DNA of 31,076 nucleotides, taken from positions 1 to 31,076 of the forward strand of contig JAVVGN010000017.1 in NCBI GenBank assembly GCA_032249095.1, given 5' to 3'. The notes under the pieces are model-generated. The model saw only the letters and a program-made list of their open reading frames with translations, was not told where the DNA came from and did no database searches. The stretch comes from Candidatus Caldarchaeales archaeon. GTDB taxonomy: Archaea; Thermoproteota; Nitrososphaeria_A; Caldarchaeales; Calditenuaceae. Positions 8,461 to 16,513 of this stretch are shown here, one piece after another (within the stretch, counting starts at the first letter, position 1; the number at the start of each line of letters is the position of its first letter). Position numbers and translations under genes: made by a program.

Positions 8461-8602
8461 TTACGCATTGCTTCCCCGTCCCAGGATCATTGATTATGGT
8501 TCCTCGCCGGACATGAATTCTTGGCCCCGTTGATTCAATGTTAAAGGGGGAGGGTCCCGTGGAGGCTGAGGAGCTGCTGTGCCGCCCGGTCTTGGAGGCG
8601 GT
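8276..8602 (-). pseudogene. Start-less open frame (108 codons) ending at the tRNA-Arg boundary; member of the tRNA-flank ORF family
   Basis: I scanned the frame by hand and found no stop from 8602 to the TAA at 8276-8278, and no ATG. The tail ...FYRYIGFTIITRKQIRLESYVKRTTRKPTPPPTISP resembles ...GIIEDVWRRYGVETLRRIHQKKNNPSPNFPQQTPP at 27940-28040 and ...RCRTDGQPTPPPLFPL at 18800-18850. Confidence 0.4.
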
Positions 8603-8699
8603 TTACGTGAAGTTCGGGGGGCTGGCCGAGACCAAGAGGGCCGCCATCCCCCACATACTCAGGGGCGAGAACATGCTCATCAGCTCGCCGACAGGCACG
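8538..8699 (+). pseudogene. N-terminal fragment of an Lhr/DEAD-DEAH-type helicase, broken inside the P-loop
   Basis: PVLEAVYVKFGGLAETKRAAIPHILRGENMLISSPTGT matches the helicase Q-motif to Walker A region, but the GKT is missing and unrelated sequence follows. Confidence 0.55.
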
Positions 8700-8925
8700 A
8701 GTCATATTCACGCATTTATGGGTGGGGCTCAGATGACCCTCTTCACCTCATCCATCAAGCGGGTGAACCGTCATCATCACCCCATACCCCATATAGGCGT
8801 ATTGCAGGGAGGCAGAAAAGTATTGCCGGTATATTCGGAATGTCGCTAATTCTCTCCCCCCAAACCCTCGACAGCTGCTCCTCGATAACTCTATCAGAGA
8901 CCCTATAAGGCCCGTGGCCTTGCTG

Positions 8926-9621
8926 CTACCGCGCTCTTGACCTTACATGGGGCTCGAGGAGGCTCCACAACCATTCTGCAAACTCGGCGGGGTTCTTAGT
9001 CTGGATATAGACTTCTCCGGGGCCGCTGACCCTGAGCACAAGGCCCTCGCCCCCCAAGATCGTGGACTTGAGGCCTCCGAACTTGGTTACCTTGTAGCTG
9101 CAGGTCTCCGAGAACGCGGCGACGTGGAAGTTGTCAACAATAAGTTCTTCGCCTGGCGCGAGGGTCTTCTTCTCGAGGGCTCCGAACGTGTTGATGAATA
9201 GGTCACCGGTTCCTGTTGCCTTAATCATGAATAGGCCCTGCCCAAAGATGCCTTTCGTGAAGCCTTGCCACTTTATGTCGAGGTCTATTGTCGGGCTTGA
9301 GGCGACGTAGGCTGCGCGCTGGACTATGAATCCCCTGCCGGGAGATACGGGTAGATGCGCTATGTCTCCCAGAGGTGCCGAGACGAGGGCGACGACGCCC
9401 GGTACGTTTCTAGCGTAGTATTCGTTGACGAAGAAGGATTGGCCCCCAAGGATCTTGAGCCCCAAGGACTCGATAAAGCTCGCCTCACGCATTACAGTCC
9501 TAACCTCTATGCTCGGCGACATGTAGGTCATGGCTCCAGACTCGCCCATGACAGCCTCGCCTGGGTTCAGCTGAATCTCTAGAAGCGAGTAGGCTGGACG
9601 GTGCTTTATCTCGAGCCTCAC
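8926..9621 (-). CDS. AIM24/DUF124 (TIGR00266) family protein
   Basis: The full-length pattern fits the family: LNPGEAVMGESGAMTYM...ILGGQSFFVNEY...LGDIAHL...GQGLFMIKATGTGDLFINTFGA...LAPGEELIVDNFHVAAF...GGEGLVLRVSGPGEVYIQT. Confidence 0.8.
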   Translation of the reverse strand: MRLEIKHRPAYSLLEIQLNPGEAVMGESGAMTYMSPSIEVRTVMREASFIESLGLKILGGQSFFVNEYYARNVPGVVALVSAPLGDIAHLPVSPGRGFIVQRAAYVASSPTIDLDIKWQGFTKGIFGQGLFMIKATGTGDLFINTFGALEKKTLAPGEELIVDNFHVAAFSETCSYKVTKFGGLKSTILGGEGLVLRVSGPGEVYIQTKNPAEFAEWLWSLLEPHVRSRAR

Positions 9622-9744
9622 TTCGACTCGCCGGCATCACGGCTCGCCCGCCATATGTAAATGTTTTTCCCATTACGCTCCGGCTACGAGGCTTGGTATG
9701 GGGGCGCATACCGCTAAATACCAAGATAGAGTCTTTTATGAGGC

Positions 9745-10131
9745 GTGGTCAAGCTCCCTGAAGAGGTTAGGAGAATAGTAGAGGGGAAGAATTTCGCCTT
9801 CTTGGCAACCATCATGCCCAACGGATACCCACAGGTCTCGCCTGTCTGGATAGACATTGAGGGCGACTACATCCTCATTAACACGGCCCGAGGCAGGGTA
9901 AAGGACAAGAATACAGATAGGGATCCGAGGGTCTCGGTAGCGATACCGGACTGGCAAAACCCCTACAAGTATGTCGAGATAAGGGGACGAGTCGTTGAGA
10001 AGACCTCGGATGGCGCCGCCGAACACATCGATAAGCTGGCATACAAGTATCTCGGTGAAGAGCGCTTCGCAGGTCCAAGGGAGAACAGGGTTATCTGGAG
10101 GATAAAGCCCGAAAAGATTTTCATCAGATAG
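9745..10131 (+). CDS. Pyridoxamine 5'-phosphate oxidase-like FMN-binding split-barrel protein
   Basis: GKNFAFLATIMPNGYPQVSPVWIDIEGDYILINTARGRVKDKNTDRDPRVSVAI...YVEIRGRV is typical of the PPOX-class family. The start is GTG. Confidence 0.8.
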   Translation: MVKLPEEVRRIVEGKNFAFLATIMPNGYPQVSPVWIDIEGDYILINTARGRVKDKNTDRDPRVSVAIPDWQNPYKYVEIRGRVVEKTSDGAAEHIDKLAYKYLGEERFAGPRENRVIWRIKPEKIFIR

Positions 10132-12144
10132 CTAGCCATACTCAATGATGAATACGTCGTATATCGGTGGACTCCTGATCGCGAGCTCCACGTAGCCGTC
10201 GCGGAAGTGGTGGAGAGGCGTACCCCCAGTTACAGGTGAATAGACCCTCCGCGGCCCAGTCTTAGCCCTAATCCTGAGTCTCACCAGATCCGGCGGATAG
10301 TACTCGTCCATGTATTCAGGATGCTTGCCAACCCTGCTTGGTAAGAAGTTCACAATGTGGAGTATGTGGGAGTCGTCTTTTGACCAGAGATAGGCCTCAG
10401 TTGATGAGGGGGCCTCCGCGAGAACGAGTCTCTCGCCTAACAGGAGGTTTACGCAGTTTCTCACGAGCTTTCTATAAAGGCTGTATCCGTATCTATAGTA
10501 TGCGGCGAAGATTTGTGAGTAGATGTAGATGACCTTGTGGTCCTGAGAGAGTGCTACGGCAGGGTATGGCGAAGATTTCGCTGCAGGAGTATATGTGTGG
10601 GAGGTATATTCCCTGAAGCTTCTCCTGAAGTATGGTTCCCTAATCCTCGCCAGCGCCGTGCCGCTCCGCATCTCGCAGTAGATCCCCGACCCATACATTG
10701 CGATGTCGAAATCGGCTGGCAGACCCTCACCGATGGCGGGCTCCACCCTAAAGAAGTCTACATCATACCTATCCTCCCCGACTGGATACAGGTCTACTCC
10801 GGGGCACCTGATCACGCCATCCTCGAGGGTTGCGCGGTAGCTGAGCAGCACCCTCCCTCCACTTGAGATGTATTGTGAGAGGTTGGAGCGCACCTCATCG
10901 TCGAGCAGGCCGCGGTCTGGGATTATTAGCAATCTATACTTGCTGAAGTCCATCCAAGGGTCTATCACTCCAAACTGCACCTTCTCCTCCAGGAGGAGTT
11001 TTACGGCTCCTGCAAGCGAGTCGTCTACCCCGAACACCTCTCCTTCGAGGACATACTTGTCTGGGCCCCTCGTCCTTGGAAGGGCTAGTATAGCGGCCTC
11101 GTAGACCGGCTCCGAGCCCCTGACCACCTTCTCGACAACCTCGGCCACTCTATACGCGGCGCCGATGTTCTCGTAAACAGCCCTGTCGAGGAAGCCGCGG
11201 GGATGCATCTGGTCGCCCACCGAGACGGCGCAGCCATGCCCCAAGATCCGGCCCACCTCATACAATAGCTGGGTGGACGGCTTCAATCCGCCGAAATCGG
11301 CCCACGAGGTGTGGAACCTTCCAGTCATCCCGACTAGGGGCTTCCCGAAATTCCTGAGGTATCTGGCGTAGAATGGGAAATGGTAGTATCCCCAGGGGCC
11401 GGTGGGTAAGGACTCTATCTCGAAGTGGCTCATGTAGGGCTCCGCCATCCGGGCCATATTCAGGTTCGACATACCGTTGAAGAATATGGAGGCCGAGGCG
11501 CGCTTCTCCTCTACAATCGCCCGCACATCCTTCATGAAGCGCTCCTCAACGATCCTTGAGTGCAACCTCAGATCGTCCTGGTCCGAGTAGTCGAGGCCTA
11601 GAGAAACCATCGACTCCCTACAGTATCTACAGATGCATCCAGGCCTCCTCTGGGAGACTATGTCGAGAAAGACCCCATCCACCTCGTAGCGGCTCATGAT
11701 CTCCTCTATCTGTGCCTTAACGTAGCTTGTGTAGGGAGAGTTTAGGCAAAGGGTTTCCCAACTGTAGTATGGCCTCTCGAAGGGTTTGGGCCTTAGTGGA
11801 GAGCCGTCTAGGCCCACTTGAAGCCACTCAGGGTGCTGCTCACCCATGTGCGAGTCCCAGCAGACGGAATAGTACGCCGCCACCCTAATCCCGTAGCTGT
11901 GGCAGGCCTCGACCATCTCGCCGAGGAGATCCGTCTTTAGCGCCGGATGCTTGACCCCGACGCGCGTGTCGTAGTAGGACAGGCCGTGGTGGCATTTCGC
12001 GAACACCGTCACGGAGTTAACGGACGCCCTGCGAAGCATCTCGACGAACTCCTCGGGTCTAAACTCGCAGCCCACATCCCTGATGAAAGGCGAGGTGTGG
12101 AAGTCTAGGTGGACCTGCCTGTAGGTCTCCGATACCCCTATCAC
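10132..12144 (-). CDS. Putative glycoside hydrolase (GHL6/GH42-like TIM barrel plus beta-galactosidase-trimerisation-like domain)
   Basis: The protein is 670 aa. The N-terminus QVHLDFHTSP...VTVFAKCHHGLSYYDT...IRVAAYYSV...DGVFLDIV resembles the hypothetical glycosyl hydrolase 6 family. The C-terminal LLIIPDRGLLDDE...GGRVLLSY resembles the GATase-like trimerisation domain. The functional call is tentative. Confidence 0.6.
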   Translation of the reverse strand: MIGVSETYRQVHLDFHTSPFIRDVGCEFRPEEFVEMLRRASVNSVTVFAKCHHGLSYYDTRVGVKHPALKTDLLGEMVEACHSYGIRVAAYYSVCWDSHMGEQHPEWLQVGLDGSPLRPKPFERPYYSWETLCLNSPYTSYVKAQIEEIMSRYEVDGVFLDIVSQRRPGCICRYCRESMVSLGLDYSDQDDLRLHSRIVEERFMKDVRAIVEEKRASASIFFNGMSNLNMARMAEPYMSHFEIESLPTGPWGYYHFPFYARYLRNFGKPLVGMTGRFHTSWADFGGLKPSTQLLYEVGRILGHGCAVSVGDQMHPRGFLDRAVYENIGAAYRVAEVVEKVVRGSEPVYEAAILALPRTRGPDKYVLEGEVFGVDDSLAGAVKLLLEEKVQFGVIDPWMDFSKYRLLIIPDRGLLDDEVRSNLSQYISSGGRVLLSYRATLEDGVIRCPGVDLYPVGEDRYDVDFFRVEPAIGEGLPADFDIAMYGSGIYCEMRSGTALARIREPYFRRSFREYTSHTYTPAAKSSPYPAVALSQDHKVIYIYSQIFAAYYRYGYSLYRKLVRNCVNLLLGERLVLAEAPSSTEAYLWSKDDSHILHIVNFLPSRVGKHPEYMDEYYPPDLVRLRIRAKTGPRRVYSPVTGGTPLHHFRDGYVELAIRSPPIYDVFIIEYG

Positions 12145-12190
12145 TCCGCCTTAGCTTGTGGTGCTGGGACATATTACGTCTTCTAGCAGG

Positions 12191-12925
12191 CTACGCATCT
12201 ATGGATAGGAGTATGACTGGGGCAAAGGCTTGGCCGCCAAGCTTCATCTCAGTCCGTAGATTGCATAGCTCCTCCGCGGGCCTCACCAGACTGTAGGTGT
12301 ATTTTGCGAGGAGGCTTCCGAGGGTTGTGGGGACGGTTGGCTGCACATGTATCCTTGCGAGACGTGGTGTTCGGGCGTGCTGGCGGGCCATTTCTACGAG
12401 TTTCTCGACGAGTTCTGTGAGTGTGGGGAGGTAGGTTTGGTGGAGGAAGTCCATTATCATGAGTGCGTATGCAATGTTGTTTACGTTGCTGCTGTAAGGC
12501 CGAAGTGTATGTGTGGTTTGAGTGCGCCGATGCCCCCGTCTCGACAGGCCTGCCCAGATACTTGTCGGCCGCCATAACGCCGTGTCCAATCTTAGCCTCA
12601 ATCCATTTAACCTCGACAGCCTCCTCAAAGGGATAGATTGAGAACTGCTTCGTCCAGCCCCTCAAGCCCCCGCAAATCAACACCCAGTCCAATGGGCCCC
12701 GCGGAGGCCCCGCAGGTATCGGACCTCTACGTAAAGCCCATAATGTATGAGGTAGTGTTGGTTGAAGTAGCGGCTACATATGCTGAGGGCTTCCCTATAC
12801 CTTCCGTCAAATCCTTTCATATCTGAAATTATAATGTGTTTGAGAAGCAGTGAATCATACATTATCATGCTATTATCTATCGCACCAAACTCGTCAACCA
12901 CTATCCTGCTGACTTCCTTCAACAA
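12191..12925 (-). pseudogene. purB: Adenylosuccinate lyase (purB, E. coli-type) pseudogene: N-terminal half only, at least two frameshifts, degraded catalytic motifs
   Basis: Three overlapping frames carry successive PurB segments. These are FDGRYREALSICSRYFNQHYLIHYGLYVEVRYLRGL (compare [36 protein letters not shown]), IEAKIGHGVMAADKYL (compare IERTTNHDVKAVEYFL), and SSNVNNIAYALMI...LARIHVQPTVPTTLGSLLAKYTYSL (compare TSEDINNLSHALML...[25 protein letters not shown]). The match ends near residue 245. The region is AT-rich. Confidence 0.75.
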
Positions 12926-12951
12926 GTAATCTTTTTTATATGAACTCGTCT

Positions 12952-13440
12952 CTAAATTCCGTATCTTAGGTGTATGGTTATTGGTGCTATTGTTACTAGG
13001 GCTTTGTATGTTGATTCTAGCCTCTCATACCTTATGATTATTCTTCTGAATGATTTTATCCATCCGAAGAACCTCTCTACAGCGGACCTCATCCTCCTGT
13101 ATAGCTCGATCTCGATATTGTATTGTCTAGGCTTCCTACCATTCCTGGGATTCACGGGTATGTTAGGCTCTATATCCATGGACTCTAAGCCCCTCCTTAT
13201 ATGTTCCGTATCGTATGCTGCATCGGCGTAGAGCTCCCTAGGCCTCCCAGACAAGCCATCTACTAGCTCCTGAAGCCTCCTAGAGTCATGCTCGTTCCCA
13301 GGACCTATAGCTATGCTTAGGGGCACGGAGTCCCTGTCTACGCATACATGTATCTTAGTCCCATACCTATGCTTGAAGCCGTCGTACCCCACTACCTCTC
13401 CCCCTCTTAGCCTCGACAGTCGAGCTATCCACAGAGACAA
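12952..13440 (-). CDS. IS transposase orfB (DDE catalytic part)
   Basis: GYDGFKHRYGTKIHVCVDRDSVPLSIAIGPGNEHDS...LYADAAYDTEHIRRGL...ERFFGWIKSFRRIIIRYERL matches the DDE_Tnp_1 pattern. The true N-terminus is supplied by orfA, which lies one nucleotide out of frame. Confidence 0.8.
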   Translation of the reverse strand: MSLWIARLSRLRGGEVVGYDGFKHRYGTKIHVCVDRDSVPLSIAIGPGNEHDSRRLQELVDGLSGRPRELYADAAYDTEHIRRGLESMDIEPNIPVNPRNGRKPRQYNIEIELYRRMRSAVERFFGWIKSFRRIIIRYERLESTYKALVTIAPITIHLRYGI

Positions 13441-13603
13441 TCCCTAATGGAATATCCATCCACCTACAGCCAGTGGTGAGGACATACAGTATACCGTTCA
13501 AGATCATCCTATCATCAGCCCTAGGCCTACCAACCCTAGACCTAGGAGGAAGAAAAGGCCTAACGACACCCCACTCAAAATCACTAAGCTCACGAAACTC
13601 CAC
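13367..13603 (-). CDS. IS transposase orfA (N-terminal DUF4096-like DNA-binding part)
   Basis: LSDFEWGVVRPFLPPRSRVGRPRADDRMILNGILYVLTTGCRWMDIP is the hallmark N-terminus of IS5/IS427-group transposases. Confidence 0.8.
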   Translation of the reverse strand: MEFRELSDFEWGVVRPFLPPRSRVGRPRADDRMILNGILYVLTTGCRWMDIPLGIVSVDSSTVEAKRGRGSGVRRLQA

Positions 13604-14144
13604 AATACACCATGCTCAGAAGAAGCTTAAATAGTTTGGAGACGAGTTCTATATTAATGATCGATCGTGCCGTCTCGAGACCCGGAATAACATGACTGTT
13701 AACATACCTACTCAACGCTGGGGTCCAGCTATGGCGAAGTGTCGGTTGGCAGCATGTCGGTGTAGGGGCTGTCCAACTCAATTTAAGTTACGACAATGAT
13801 GCTAACTCCTGAACCTACTGCTTCTTCTCAGCAATTCCAGCAGGGGAGTCCGAAGGTTCTTGGGAGGAAAAGTAACAGTCATCATTGCTCCGCGGTCCTA
13901 CCGTCCTAGTCCACAAGAGGATCCAGGTCCTGACGACCACCTTCCCTTCTTCATTAAAAACCTCTGTGAGGGTCCCCTCCAATCAATGGCGGACAACGTT
14001 ATCCTCGCCAATAAACCCCAGAGTCCTTAGGTGACCAGCGATAGGCCTGCGTGTACTATTCAGACAACACTTTGAGGACTCGACATGAGTACTATCGTTC
14101 ACCGTTAACAATAAACTATGTCGGGTCGGCGCGACGCCTGTGGG

Positions 14145-15332
14145 CTACACATTAATCCTTGGTCTCAGCACATAGACCTCCCTACAATCGGTCGAGAGTA
14201 TTACGGCCCCCACCTCCATGAGCTCGATCGTCCCTTCATAGGGAGTGTAGAACCTTGCGAACCCCTTGTCGTCAATGCCCATGAAGAGAGCGAGACTGGG
14301 CTCATGCCTGTCGCCCGCCCATATGTATGATAGTATACCTATGCCGGCCTCGGTCATCTCGAGCCCGTTTACCAGCATGGTTAGGTGGTGGGCGGACTCC
14401 TCCATCTCCCCTATCACCTCCCTGAGATAGTCCTCTAGGGGGAGGCCTGCCAGTAGGAGGGGTCTCGCTCTCAGCCAACGTCTCGGGATCGAGCGTAGGC
14501 GGGCACCTCGGAGATATCTTGCGTAGCTTAGCTCGCGGAGAGCCTTCCTCGCGGACAGGTCCCTCTTCAGAACCACTTTGGGAGCGCTCACCCTGGTCAA
14601 CTCGGCCCCAACCTCCTCGGAGGCCTCCACCAGATCGTCAGCCTCTCCCATGCCGATTAGGACGACGTGGCTTGGCTTGAGGATCCTGATGAGTTGGGAC
14701 TTGTGGCGCCTAGCGGCTTCGCCGTCAACCCATCCGTCTGTGTTTACGAGGAGTCTACGCTCACTACCTATGGTGGAGCTTAGCTCGGCCACCGATTCTA
14801 ATGCTCTACTAGTGAGGTATGATGGTGAGGTGTAGCCGACTGGATAGACGCGGTTTGGTTCTAGAGCGGAGAGGGATGGCGAGGGCTTGCCCCCGATCGC
14901 GAGGGCGATGGTCGTGGGTGGACAGATCTCTGACTGGCCCATATCGAGGTCTGCCACCACCATCCTGCCCCGCGGAACGTGGGTGTTGTACAGGTATGTT
15001 ATAAGAGAGGTCTTGCCCGAGTCAACCATCCCTATGACCATCAGCCGGAAACTATCACCGAGGCTTGACGAGAGCTCCCGCCAATCATCGGGGATGGTAT
15101 CCTCCCCAACAATCTCGGCCCCTCCTCCCTCACCCAAGGAAACCTCCACAATCGCGCCCTCACGTGAATAGAGTGGAAGCGACCTCCATGGTTTAGCCAC
15201 TAGGCGCTCCTTCGAGCCCGGCCTGTAGCCGAGAACCTCTAGCGAGCCCTCGACCAGCCTTGCGGAGGCAGGTCCCTTCAGGATCAGTGTAGAGTTTGGC
15301 CCGACCGGCAGCCTCTTCGCCTCCGAGGGCAT
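14145..15332 (-). CDS. Clp1/Grc3-family polynucleotide 5'-hydroxyl kinase (archaeal Clp1)
   Basis: The N-terminal beta domain is LILKGPASARLVEGSLEVLGY and the P-loop is VIGMVDSGKTSLITYL, followed by ADLDMGQSE...LVNTDGWV. This is characteristic of the CLP1_P domain. Confidence 0.8.
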   Translation of the reverse strand: MPSEAKRLPVGPNSTLILKGPASARLVEGSLEVLGYRPGSKERLVAKPWRSLPLYSREGAIVEVSLGEGGGAEIVGEDTIPDDWRELSSSLGDSFRLMVIGMVDSGKTSLITYLYNTHVPRGRMVVADLDMGQSEICPPTTIALAIGGKPSPSLSALEPNRVYPVGYTSPSYLTSRALESVAELSSTIGSERRLLVNTDGWVDGEAARRHKSQLIRILKPSHVVLIGMGEADDLVEASEEVGAELTRVSAPKVVLKRDLSARKALRELSYARYLRGARLRSIPRRWLRARPLLLAGLPLEDYLREVIGEMEESAHHLTMLVNGLEMTEAGIGILSYIWAGDRHEPSLALFMGIDDKGFARFYTPYEGTIELMEVGAVILSTDCREVYVLRPRINV

Positions 15333-15379
15333 TCTCCTCTAAACCCCGCTTTCTCGCTCCCAGGCTTTTATATCTCCCC

Positions 15380-16357
15380 TCATACCGCCCCAAGAATCCT
15401 TAAAGGCGTTCTCAGGTAGGGCAGAAGTCCTTTTTTGGAGAGCTTGGCTCCCTCGCGCGCCAGGGCTTCCCACTCTTCCTCCGAGAGCTCGATCCCCTCG
15501 GCCGCGGCGTTAGACTCGGCCTGCTGTGGATTCTTCACTCCGGGGATTGCGACGAGGTTTGGACGCTTAAGGAGCCATGCCAGCGCAACTTGATCAGGAG
15601 AGGCTCCCCGCCTCGCCGCTATATCTCTGAGGAGCCTGAACAGGGGTTCGGCCCTCCTCAGGACCAGGGGGTCGAAGAGCGGGTTTATCCTTCTTACAAG
15701 GTCTCGCGGCGCGTTGCTGCTGCTGTATTTTGCCGTCAAGAATCCTTGCGCCAGCGGGCTGTAAGCTATGATGGTTATTTTCTCGCGCTCGCAGTAGGGG
15801 AGTAGCCCGCGCTCTATCCCCCTCTCGACCAAGTTGTACTTCACCTGGTTAGTGACTATTTCCTCCCTCCTTAAGCATTCCTGCGCCGTCCGGAGCCTTG
15901 TGGCCGAGAAGTTGCTCACACCGATGGCCCTGACCTTCCCCAGCTCCACAAGCCTCTCCATCGCTCTCATCGTGGATGATAGGGGTATTAGCGGGTTAGG
16001 CCAGTGGACTTGGTAAAGGTCTATGACATCGGTCCCAAGCCTACTTAGGCTCCTCTCGCAAGCCTTTATCACGCCATCGTAGGTCAGGTGTGTAACCCAG
16101 ACCTTCGTGGCTATGACTACCTCATCCCTAAACTCCTTCACCGCCCTTCCAACTATAACCTCTGAAAGGCCACCCCCATAGATCTCGGCCGTATCGATGA
16201 AGTTTACTCCGAGCTCGTGAGCCCTCATGATGGCCTCGACTATGTCCTTCTCACTGTAGTCCTTGTTCCATCCCCACTCGGACGAGCCGACCTGCCAGGC
16301 GCCTAAGCCGATGCGGGAAACCTTCAGACCACTCCCGCCTAGCTGTACGTACCTCAT
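15380..16357 (-). CDS. Aldo/keto reductase
   Basis: MRYVQLGGSGLKVSRIGLGAWQVG...FIDTAEIYGGG...DLYQVHWPN...IGVSNF are classic AKR motifs. Confidence 0.92.
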   Translation of the reverse strand: MRYVQLGGSGLKVSRIGLGAWQVGSSEWGWNKDYSEKDIVEAIMRAHELGVNFIDTAEIYGGGLSEVIVGRAVKEFRDEVVIATKVWVTHLTYDGVIKACERSLSRLGTDVIDLYQVHWPNPLIPLSSTMRAMERLVELGKVRAIGVSNFSATRLRTAQECLRREEIVTNQVKYNLVERGIERGLLPYCEREKITIIAYSPLAQGFLTAKYSSSNAPRDLVRRINPLFDPLVLRRAEPLFRLLRDIAARRGASPDQVALAWLLKRPNLVAIPGVKNPQQAESNAAAEGIELSEEEWEALAREGAKLSKKGLLPYLRTPLRILGAV

Positions 16358-16513
16358 CGCGTCCTCATAGATTGGCTGAGGGGCGGCCTAATAGTCCTTG
16401 AGCAAAATCTTAAGGCGCTCCCCCCAGCCACCACCTGCGAAGGATTCCCTGTGCCAAAGCGGCGTATAACCAAATATTATTGGTTCACCCCTGTAGCTCT
16501 GGGGGACGCCGCC

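Larger units (their letters stand above)
12942..13647 (-). mobile_element. Complete 706-bp IS element, IS5 family (IS427-like) with a split transposase
   Basis: Perfect 11-bp terminal inverted repeats are GAACTCGTCTC (12942-12952) and GAGACGAGTTC (13637-13647). The element is flanked by a 3-bp direct repeat TAT (12939-12941 and 13648-13650). Two overlapping transposase ORFs lie inside. Confidence 0.85.

Noticed and set aside
8579-8908. 109-aa ORF overlapping the helicase fragment in another frame
   Set aside because: It has no recognisable features and lies in a region of broken genes. It is probably a chance ORF.
9500-10145. Small ORFs 9500-9724, 9736-10026, 9878-10078 and 9963-10145
   Set aside because: All of them overlap well-supported genes (AIM24-like, PPOX-like) on the other strand or frame, or span a divergent promoter region.
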